This document shows, piece after piece, positions 53,065 to 64,000 of a stretch of 64,000 bases of DNA. The notes beneath the pieces were generated by a model. That model worked only from the letters and a program-made list of their open reading frames with translations. It was not told where the DNA came from and did no database searches. This DNA comes from Octopus vulgaris. Its lineage: Eukaryota. The stretch is taken from the NCBI GenBank assembly GCA_951406725.2, contig OX597816.1, positions 98,084,001 to 98,148,000 on the forward strand, read 5' to 3'. Within the stretch, counting starts at the first letter, position 1. The number at the start of each line of letters is the position of its first letter. Made by a program: the position numbers and the translations under genes.

Positions 53065-53340
53065 TAATTAGGGCTCAGTAAAATAATTTACTTTACCACA
53101 CACTGAAACTTATAGAAATAGCAGCCAAAAATTTTTCTTAGCCATTTCTTCTACTATAAGAAAAATCTCCCATACAGTGTTTACTCAAAAATAATTCACG
53201 TAGATATGGAGGGTAAAATAACAAAATATCACATGTACAAAGATCATTTCAGAACGTTACGTTTCTGGATTAGTTGAATTTGAAACTCAACATTTCCTTC
53301 GTCAGCTCAACATTTCTTAATAGGTGTCTTTCGACTGAGA
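53065..53340 (-). mobile_element. Hammerhead-bearing repeat (PLE-terminus-like); related segment at about 60644-60780
   Basis: aattagggct(c/t)agtaaaata…tagaaatagcagccaa is shared with about 60644-60710, and both copies follow TA-rich runs. Confidence 0.6.
53249..53309 (-). ncRNA. Type I hammerhead ribozyme motif
   Basis: Minus strand: TGAG-CTGACGA-aGGA aat GTTGAG…TTCAAC taa TCCa-GAAACG taa CGTT-CTGA. Stem I is weak. Confidence 0.6.
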
Positions 53341-54492
53341 ACGAATCAAGTTGAGCTGACATGTATGAAGTGAAAGCCTAAGGGCTGGAACACGGGAGAT
53401 GGACATAAGAGGTGTTCGCAGTCGGCAGTCAGGCCAAGTAAGAAAGATCATAGCTGGCCGGACACCGGTCACGTGGAAGGAAGAGACAGGTTTGCGCCGC
53501 GGGATTCAAGGATTAAAAATAACAGAGATAAAGGGAAAGTTACAGGGGAGATAAATGATAAATATATTTCCAAACCCATTCTTTCGGTCCTTTGTACATG
53601 CAGTTAAGTAGATTTCATTAAACTGTCAAGCCATTCTTGTATCCTACATCGTCGGTTCAGAGATCTCAGTTGGTCATAAATCTCTTAGTCTGTAAACCGC
53701 ATACATATATCACCATAAACTTATATACACGCAGATATGCACATTCACATACACACACAGATGCATATACATACACACACACACACATATACACATGCAC
53801 ACGTACTAGCAGATTCGCCAAATCCCACGATATGCATATACTTTTGTCCTAAATACATGTATTCAGAGATTTATGAATACTTGTCAATATATCTATACAA
53901 ATACATACATTTATTCATATCGTTTTATTTTGGGATGATCAATTTTTTTTGTTTTTGCCAAATAAACACAGTCACTATACATTTGTTCTTCACTCGTTTA
54001 TTAAAGTCCTTATTTTTTCTTTTCTTTTTTTATTCTAACTCATGTCAATTGTCCGGAAATCTTTCGTCACACATCTGTGACCACTTCAGCGACACTTTTC
54101 GTTTTCGTGTGTGCTCTTGCTCCAATTACTCCATTCTGTTCTTCTTCTAAGATGTGTATCATTAAGTGCGCATGCGTTTGCGTCTTTGTTTATGTGTGTG
54201 TGTGTGTGGATGTATGTGTATGTGTTTGTGTATGATTGTGTGTATATCACTGTTCTTAGCGGCGATATGAACTTCCACTCAGCTCCATCCTGTCGCCACA
54301 TTGTGCTACTGCTGTCCTGTGATCCAAAAATTTGGTACAGTTCCTATATCTCTCTGTTGTTGTGTGTTCGTCCACGGTATTGCCATATATATTGTTGTGG
54401 CTGTGAGTCCTTGTGGCTCATACTTCTAGCAATACTGATGCTGAATAACGTTCTCATTTGCTTTAATGACGTTTGTATACACATACATACAA

Positions 54493-54579
<87 letters not shown>

Positions 54580-55649
54580 CCCACACATAGATACAGATGC
54601 CCACATATAGTACACATACACATATATTAACCAAACACATGCATTAACATATACCCGAGTATACACAAATATAGAAAGGTACATATAGGTACATACACCC
54701 AAATATATATACAGGTTTATGTGTATGTACTCATCCATGCTTCTATCAGGTTTTATTCGAACATAGCTATACGTTCCGATGAGGTTATTCCACAGGGCGC
54801 CTTAGGACGAACTAGGCAATTTGATGAAACAATAAAACAGTGAAACAACACCACAAGCAGCAATATTAATACCGTATTAAATTCATGTACTTAGTGTACG
54901 TGCTAATCAACAGGTTCGTTCATGAATATTGATTCTAAGAGCAGTCCATAGTTATATGTTTGTTTGTAGATCGTTAATAGTTTTATTACTGGTATTGCTT
55001 GTCTACAGGGGCTGATAGAATAAATGTTTTATCGTGAAACATAAAATGCATGAAAAGCCTCGTGACTAATATAGCGGTATCCTTTATTGTTCAGCGTAGG
55101 TGGTGGTTTTGTGTTCATCACTTCACGTGGTATATGCAAGGACAGACAAAAGTTTACATATGACCGTGAACGAACAGCTATCATACGATGTAATATCTTC
55201 GTGAAGTATCTCAGTGGGCTTATACGTAACGTGTTTCTCGGGGGTAAGATATGATTCGTTATCAAGAAATCTAGACAATGTGTAAATGGTAATTAGGTGT
55301 GAGATGATACTACATTGTGATTATTATAATGGGCAAATATGCATTTTCTGGCGTGCAAACATTTTACTATGCTTTCTGAGAGTTGATTAATGATCCGGTC
55401 TCTTTTCAACACAGTGTAGGGTAATTCCTCTGAGCACAGTCCGCACTTCCAAGAAACGGCATTGTATGGTAGTGCGTGCTTCGTGGTGGACCAACACAGG
55501 CCATATTGTATCTTATTGGATTTGAATTACTACCGAAAGTCCGTCAATGATGTTATGTGTCTCTTGTTGAATGTTTTGAAGCTAGAAATGTGGTTGCGGT
55601 ATCGATTTTTGAATGAATCAGCCGTTGCGCCAACGTACACGTACATGCC

Positions 55650-56160
55650 TCCTCTTGTGTGCACAATACCTTTATATACAATCTTACAGCTCACGCAGAA
55701 TTTATTCAAGTGACATCGTGTTTTAACTCTGCATGAGCACTTTTTCTAGCTGTTGTCCTCGGTTCTCATCACAGTTCCTGTTGCGTTTACATCACAGTTC
55801 CATATACTATTACGAAGTGGCCTTATCGAGTTATTTACGATTTGGTTGCCAGTATTTGTGGTGTTGTAACTACTATGTCCTATGTATTGTCCTACACCAG
55901 AGCTGATCGAACAAGCACTGGATATTCTTTCTTTGGTTAATGGTTCACTGGCGGGGATGGCTAAAACGCAGTTGAATTTTGTATTGTTAATCTGGTGTAT
56001 ATGTTGCTTTAAATTACAAACATTGGGATATAGCCCCTTTACAGCGTCTGTTAAATATCGTGTAGCACCTATTTGATTTGGGGAATCATCTATCTAAATC
56101 TACGGAAAACTCGTTGGCGATTCTTGATGAAACGTGTGTCCCAGGGATCGGATTATAGCA
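55650..56160 (-). mobile_element. Highly decayed Naiad-like Penelope fragment
   Basis: Minus-strand remnants FPKSNRCYTIFNR, YIG, SIW, LNK and CAHKR occur in the same order as in the element at 59288-60257. Confidence 0.45.
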
Positions 56161-57019
56161 GATGACGGTGTATTATTTATATTTCTTGTTTGGTTTATTG
56201 GTTCTAGTCGAGGTATTGCTGTTATGTATTGCGTAGTGTGTTGTACTTAAATTACGGTTGAATTACATCACGTGACTAGACGTTTCTGCACCTGACAGAT
56301 TCACCACGACTAGCTGCATAAATTCCTACCGACAGGACGTGTCGAAAGGATAGATGTGAGCAATAAGCTTTCCCATGTATTCCATCTTTAATCTCCTCTC
56401 TCTCAACACATCAAATATAAAATTCTTCCCTGAAGACGGAGGTCATTATTATCCGAGGATACTCTTGCATATATATTTATATCAATATATGTACCATATA
56501 TATCTGCGTGCGTGTATGTCTGTGTTTGTGCATTTGCAATAATATACCGAAGAAAGACGCTTGAGATCCAGAATATATGAATTACAAGCTTATTCTTAGT
56601 GCTTCGGAAATGTGCATTTATCACAAACTGACAATGTCATTTGAAAATGCAATATCTATATTAATTTATCAGTAATATATGTTCGAAATATTACTTTCTA
56701 AACTAATCTTAATAGTTAAACTAATCTTAACAATAATCTTAACGTGAAATTAATTGTAACAATATATCAGTGATGTTACCTTACCAATGCTGTGTTACCG
56801 AAAGAAAAAAAAAAGATTTTTATGACATCTGATACCCTTATACTTGAAATTAATGCTAATGGATGTGGATGCAACATTAATGATGACTGTGCGCTGCAAT
56901 ACATACAAAAATAAATGATTGTGATATATGCGAAACGTAATATTCTCTAGTTAATGCAAAGTTTTCCTTTGTGATAGAAAATCTCTAAACTTAAGCAGCT
57001 CTTTTATTTTTGAATCGTA

Positions 57020-57858
57020 ATATATATATATATATGACTCAACTTGTGTGTCTGTGTGTGTATCTGTGTGTGTGCCTGTGTGTTTAACTTGCCGGTGCAC
57101 CTCATCCTAGCCAACAAAACGTAGAACCACAAAAAATGGGTCACTTAAAGTTTAGGCGAATGAAAATTGAACTGCGCTATTTCTGTTCCGAAATTCATCT
57201 TGCAAGTGCGAAAATCGATAATGTGTTTGTTTAGGCCTTATCCCATGAATTGAATAGTGAACTTTACTCATCCAGCTGTTTGACGTGAACTGTGTTCACC
57301 ACGCTTGCAAGCATGCGTAAATTGCATGAAAAATAAAATATCAAGATATAAAAACGAATCGCCGTAAACACTGTAGAAATTTGGCAAAGAAATGTATTTT
57401 CGGGATGTAGCCTGGAGGGTTTTTTTCGTATTAATCGTTTGGACTTTGTGAACAAATACCAATTGTTTTCATAACATTTTTAACGCTTTGAATTAAATGT
57501 GACCATTTTGTGTTGAGTCTGCAGTTTGAATCACTTTCACCAAATTTTAGCTGACCGGATTTTTGATCATCACGATACATCGCCAGCGACGCCCTGAAAC
57601 TCTCCCCTGAAATCCCCGTTCAGAAATACTGATCTAAAAGAATAATTCAACAATGCAATTATTTGATCAACAAAAATTTATTAAACGCTTCTACGAACTT
57701 CCTATTGAGGAGATGGAACACATAAGCGCAAAAATAGAGGGTATTAAATGCTTGATTTTAAAACCAAAATAATTGAATTTTGACTGAACTTCATCTAAGT
57801 TTACGTGAATTTGCGCGTGCATAAAATGCACGAGCGCACGAGCCGGGCAATACTGCTA

Positions 57859-57859
<1 letters not shown>
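57020..57859 (+). mobile_element. Non-autonomous Helitron-like element (5' end approximate)
   Basis: Ends …gccgggcaatactgCTAG|t like the neighbour at 58639-59161; the 5' region is TATATA followed by a (GTCT/GT)-rich tract. Confidence 0.55.
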
Positions 57860-57927
<68 letters not shown>

Positions 57928-58126
57928 TATATGTATATACATGTATATATACTTGTATAATGTATATGCATAGATGTATTTCTATAGATATACACGTATG
58001 TCTAGATGTACATGTAATATGTACACAAATATATATATACATATATACATGCATACATATATACATCCTTTATACGCATACACACACACCGCCCCCCCCC
58101 CCCAAAAAAAAAAACACACACATAGA

Positions 58127-58422
58127 TGCAGGTGTGGCAACAAACTTGGTTCCAAAACACATGGTCTTCTGTTCAGTCCCACTGTGTGGTAACTTGGCAT
58201 GTGTCTTCTGCTATAGTCTGAGACTTACCAAAGCCTTGTCAGTGTAATTTGTAGACAGAAACTGAAAGATATCAATTGTATGTATATGTATGAATATATG
58301 TAAGTCTATGTGTGTGTCTATGTGTTTCTCCCTCATCACTGATTCACAACTGGTGTTCGTTTATTTACATCCCCATAACTTAATGGTTTTACAATAAAAA
58401 ACTGATAGAATAAGTATCGGGC
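58127..58422 (+). mobile_element. tRNA-derived SINE (third family), decayed
   Basis: Head with B-box-like gttcagtccc, then cttggcatgtgtcttctgctatag…ccaaagccttgt. Confidence 0.6.
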
Positions 58423-58525
58423 CAATCAAAATATAAAAAAGCACTACGCAGTGTCTCATATTTTTCTTTGCCCACTTAGTTGTATCTATCAATTTATCTT
58501 TGTGTGTGTGTGTGTGTTTGTATAG

Positions 58526-59161
<636 letters not shown>

Positions 59162-59197
59162 TATATATATATATATATATATTTATTATATAGAAGG

Positions 59198-59248
59198 AGC
59201 TTCTACAGGACTAGTACTGTTTCATTCAAGAGAAATCTTCAGGAAGCT
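59198..59248 (-). ncRNA. Type I hammerhead ribozyme (inverted pLTR copy)
   Basis: Exact reverse complement of 63932-63982. Confidence 0.8.
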
Positions 59249-59287
59249 ATTTAACAAGAATTGTATTAGCATTTATACATTTAGGCT

Positions 59288-60257
59288 AACTTCCTCGATG
59301 TCACCCTCGACTTAAAAACCTCACTTTATTACCCGTACCACAAACCAAATGAATCCCTTAGATATATAGATATCAATTCCAACCACCCCAAAAATATATT
59401 AGATAACCTAGTAAAAAGTGTCTCAATTAGAATCTCTAGCCTGTCCGCCACGGAAGATATCTTTAAGGCCGCAGCCCCCTATTACAACGAGGCCCTGGCC
59501 CGCAGTGGTTTTAAAGATAAGATTACCTACACTAGTATAGCCCCACGCCAACCCAGGAAAAATAGACGAAGACACATTAGCTGGTACAACCCCCCTTCAA
59601 CCGTGAGGTCGCTACACCTGTAGCTAAGATCTTTTTCACTCTCCTACAGAAACACTTCCCCACCCAACATAAGTACTACACTATCCTAAATAAGAACACT
59701 ATTAGACTCTCCTACTCTACCACGCCCAATCTAGCCAGGAACCTAGCCAACAACAATGTGAAAAAACTTAACATATCTACTTTCTCCGGGGCCCATCCAA
59801 CGTCCGATAGCAGTTGCAACTGCCATGATAAAACCACCTGCCCCCCAACAACAACTGCCTACAGAGGGACCTAGTATATAAATGCGAGGTAAGATCAGGC
59901 CTTGACGATAAAAGTAAATCCTACATTGGAATGACGTCAAACAGCTTTAAGACCCGCTGGTACGCACACACACACTCGTTCCGGCGACAGGATAAATCCA
60001 ACCAAACTACCCTCGCCGCCCACATCTGGTACCTTAAAAGGAACTCAATCCCCTTCAAGACCAAGTGGAAACTACTACAGAAGGCGCGCTCGTACACAGG
60101 AGGACATACCTGCTGTGACCTATGCATATCAGAGAGCCTAGAGATCTTGTTCGCCAAAGGCCCTCTCCTTAACAAATTTTCAGAACACTCCCCAAATTGC
60201 ATGCATAAGAAGTATGCGAACTACAAGAACTATAGACCTACCCGGCAACCTGATTGA
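59288..60257 (+). pseudogene. PLE RT C-terminus/thumb plus GIY-YIG endonuclease, 5'-truncated
   Basis: NFLDVTLDL…YHKPN…SNHP…WYNPP/…KHFP…LSYSTTPN…CNCHDKTTCP/…C…LVYKCEV…YIGMTSNSFKTRWYAH…HIWYLK…CDLCISE…LNK…CMH. Two 1-nt frameshifts, both in C runs (about 59590 and 59840). Confidence 0.92.
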
Positions 60258-60339
60258 TGACAACCCCCCCTACAACCCCCCCCCCAACCCCACTGTTCCC
60301 CTAGCACCCCCGATTACCTTTTCTCCTAAGACCTTTCAC

Positions 60340-61156
60340 ATATTGTATGTGCACGCTTGTATATGTGTATCGTATGTATGTATATTTGTATAGAAATGCA
60401 TGGGTACAGTAGGAATATACGCATGTATTATGTGTGTGTGTGTGTATGTATGCATGTAAATATATATATATGTATATATATTTGCATATATGTATATATA
60501 TATATATATATGTATGTGCTTGTATGTGTGTGTGTGTGTATATATGTATATGTGTTTGTATGTATATGTGTATATACGTATATGCATATGTATGTGTAAA
60601 TGTATGTGTTTATGTATGTGTATGTATGTATAAAATATTATATAATTAGGGCTTAGTAAAATAAAATAAATTACTTTGCCACATACTAAACTTTCTAGAA
60701 ATAGCAGCCAATAAAGTTTTTTAGCCTCTTCCACTACTTAGAGAATTTTTTCCCTCTAACATTGTCTACTCAAAATAATAATGGTCCCTTTACCTACTGA
60801 ATACTTGGTGAAATTGATTAATAACTAATTAACTTTACCCTCCCTTGTTGATATATATATATATATGTATATGTGTACATGTATGTATATATGTGTGTGT
60901 GTGTATGTGTGTATGTATGTATTTGTATATGTGTGTGTGTATATGTATGTGTGCGCGTGTGTGTGTATGTATGTGTATGTATATTTGTATATGTATATGC
61001 ATGTATATATATGTGTGTGTATATGTGTATTATGTATGTATTTATATAGATATGTAATTTATATATATATGTATGTATATGCATCTGTCTGTGTGTGTGT
61101 ATGTGTATATATGTGTATCATTATTGCGTATGTATACATGTATATGTGTATATGTA

Positions 61157-61188
<32 letters not shown>

Positions 61189-61190
61189 GG

Positions 61191-61225
<35 letters not shown>

Positions 61226-61308
61226 ATGTACATGTATATATATATGTGTGTATATATATATATGTTTATATGTGAGTATGTAGAGATATAAGTATATGCA
61301 TGTGTATA

Positions 61309-61341
<33 letters not shown>

Positions 61342-61516
61342 GTATGGGTATGTGTATCAGTGTATATGTATATATGTATGTGTGTGTGTATGTATATGTA
61401 TGTATATGTGTATATATGTATGTGTATATGTGTATATATGTGTATATATATATATGTATGTATGTGTATGTGTATGTATGTGTATATGTGTATGTATATG
61501 TATGTGTATATATGTA

Positions 61517-61566
<50 letters not shown>

Positions 61567-62055
61567 TGAGCGTGTGTGTATGTATGCATATATATGTATG
61601 TATGCATGTATATGTGTATGTATATATGTGTGTAAGTGTGTGCATATATGTATATGTAAGTATGTGTGCGTGTATGAGTATGTATGTATGCTTGCACACG
61701 TGTATATATGTGTGTGTGTGTATATATATATGGATGCGCGTGCGTGTGTGCACGTGTATGGGTACGCATGTATATGTGTATGTGCGTGTATGTGTATGTA
61801 TGCATATATGTATGTATGCATGTATATGTGTATGTATATATGTGTGTAAGTGTGTGCATATATGTATATGTAAGTATGTGTGCGTGTATGAGTATGTATG
61901 TATGCTTGCACACGTGTATATATGTGTGTGTGTGTATATATATGGATGCACGTGCGTGTGTGCACGTGTATGGGTACGCATGTATATGTGTATGTGCGTG
62001 TATGTGTATGTGTATGTATGTATGTGTGTGCGTATATTTGTATATGTATGTGTGA

Positions 62056-62096
<41 letters not shown>

Positions 62097-62315
62097 TGGG
62101 GGTGTGTGTATGCGTATAAATGCATGTAAGTATGGATGTATGGATGTATGTATGTATGTATACGTATGTATGTGTTTGTGTGTATATGTATGTATGTGTG
62201 TGTATGTGTGTATATATATATATATGTGTGTGTATATATGTTTGTGTATGTATATATATGTGTATGTATGTGTATGTGTGTGTATATATATGTGTGTATG
62301 TGTATGTATGCAATA

Positions 62316-62365
<50 letters not shown>

Positions 62366-62761
62366 TATGTATCTGTATGTAGGAGTATATGTGTGTGTGT
62401 GTATGTATATGTGTATATATATATATATGTATATTTATTGGTGTATATGTATAGACTAGCCTCCTAAAGTGTAGACACGAATCTGTAGGTACGAGTACGT
62501 ATGTGTATATACGTGAACGTATGTAGATGTTTGTATGTATGAATATAACGCGTGCGTACGTGTATGTGTATGAGTGTACGAATGGGCGAATGTACGTGCT
62601 AATGAGTGTGCGTGCGGGAATGAGTACTTGCTCTTCTAGTAGACAGACAAATGGACATGCTGCCATAGCCAGGATCCTTAGCTCTAGCGATCAAAGATAA
62701 CAAAAGTAATAAATGAAGATAATGGGCGAAAAATTAAAATTAGGGAATGGGCCTGTATTGG

Positions 62762-62826
<65 letters not shown>

Positions 62827-63182
62827 GTGTATGTGTAGGTATGTATAGGTACACATGTGTATGTGTATGTGTATGTATATGTGTATATGTATGTATGTGC
62901 ACGCATGTATATATATATGTATGCGTGTATATGTATATATGTATGTATATATATGTATATATATATATATATATATAAAATGAGATAGGGGTTGAAAATT
63001 CAACCCACCATGGGATAATATATATCCAATATACTGCTAGATAGGTACCCAACAAAATTAATACATAGATGTTAAAAATTGTCAAACAATCAGTTCATCT
63101 ATTGTATTATATGGGTAAAGGTAATAATATTACCGTAAATTAATACTACAAAATTAGAGAATGGAGATTCTCTAATTTTGTA

Positions 63183-63221
<39 letters not shown>

Positions 63222-63518
63222 TATGTGTATGTGGGTGTATGTATATATAGGTGTAAATATGTGTATATAGGGAACTAGGTGTGTTGTGTGTGCATGAGTG
63301 TATGTGCGTATGAATATATATTTTTCTGTGTATATATGTATGTGTGGTCGTGGGTATATATATACATGTGTGTATGCGTGCATGCATGGGAGTGAGTGTA
63401 TGCATATATACGTGTGTGTATGTGTAGACAGGTATATGCATGTGCATGTGTATAAATTTGTATATGTGGGCGGGTGTATGTATGTGTGTATGTAGATATG
63501 TATGTATATGTGTGTGTA

Positions 63519-63561
<43 letters not shown>

Positions 63562-63600
63562 ATATATATGTGTGTAGATACGTATACATATGTGTATAGG
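60340..63600. repeat. Long compound (TA)/(TG)/(TATG) purine-pyrimidine alternating tract with embedded unique islands
   Basis: Direct reading; the source of the long His/Thr/Tyr/Ile ORFs. Confidence 0.95.
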
Positions 63601-63931
63601 TATAAGTGAGAATCTCCTTATTTACCTATAACTCTATCCCCCCTTTTTTATATATATATATTTTTTATATATATATTTTTTATATATATATTTTTATATA
63701 TATTTTTTTATATTTTTTATTTTTTATATTTTTATTTTTTTTATTTTTTTATTTTTTTATTTTTTTATTTATTTTTTTATTTATCTATTCTTTCATCTAA
63801 CTTACCACTGACTCCTTGACCACTCCCCCAAGTATGATATTTTGCGCTATGCCTACCCCCAAAAAAGTCCCCCACCACCACTCCTTTAAACCTGCCTAAA
63901 TGTATAAATGCTAATACAATTCTTGTTAAAT

Positions 63932-63982
63932 AGCTTCCTGAAGATTTCTCTTGAATGAAACAGTACTAGTCCTGTAGAAGCT
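63932..63982 (+). ncRNA. Type I hammerhead ribozyme in the PLE 3' pLTR
   Basis: Stem I AGCTTC/GAAGCT; CTGAAGA at 63938-63944; stem II tTTC tctt GAAt; GAAA; stem III ACAG/CTGT with loop TACTAGTC (palindrome ACTAGT); GTA triplet, predicted cut after 63976. Confidence 0.82.
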
Positions 63983-64000
63983 CCTTCTATATAATAAATT

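Larger units (their letters stand above)
59181..63999 (+). mobile_element. Young 5'-truncated Penelope-like element (Naiad-like) with inverted pLTR
   Basis: 59181-59286 is the exact reverse complement of 63894-63999 (106 bp). RT thumb plus GIY-YIG coding sequence starts right after the inverted copy. Confidence 0.85.

Noticed and set aside
59800-60257. Selenocysteine recoding, reported for some Naiad elements
   Set aside because: The conserved Cys positions here are TGC/TGT, and no in-frame TGA is seen before the terminal stop.
60336-63589. Long ORFs (up to 466 aa) rich in H/T/Y/I or V/C/M/Y
   Set aside because: They are translations of TA/TG/TATG repeats that lack stops by composition. The same applies to the poly-I/L/N/E ORFs at 1473-1935, 18487-18831 and 23085-23591.

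Overview
This is AT-rich, microsatellite-dense eukaryotic DNA with no recognisable host gene. The tRNA-derived SINEs resemble octopus SINE families, so a cephalopod source is inferred. Nearly all long ORFs in the track are artefacts of (TA)n, (CA)n, (AAT)n or (TATG)n repeats. The real content is a transposon graveyard. It holds a Tx1/L1-clade LINE (4.55-8.70 kb) inserted inside a SINE with which it shares a 3' tail, a Hero-like RLE LINE (10.3-14.2 kb, minus), a full-length dead DD34D mariner, and Tc1, CR1 and Dong/R4 fragments. It also holds MITEs, non-autonomous Helitrons and several Penelope-like elements (PLEs), including a young Naiad-type copy with identical 106-bp inverted termini. About ten type I hammerhead ribozyme motifs from several sequence families can be folded by eye, and some have atypical cores. 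Between the insertions from about 31 to 57 kb lies a cryptic, heavily diverged tandem array with a unit of about 41 nt (core GAGATGTAATATCAT), always in the same orientation. All calls come from reading the sequence by eye; no searches were run.
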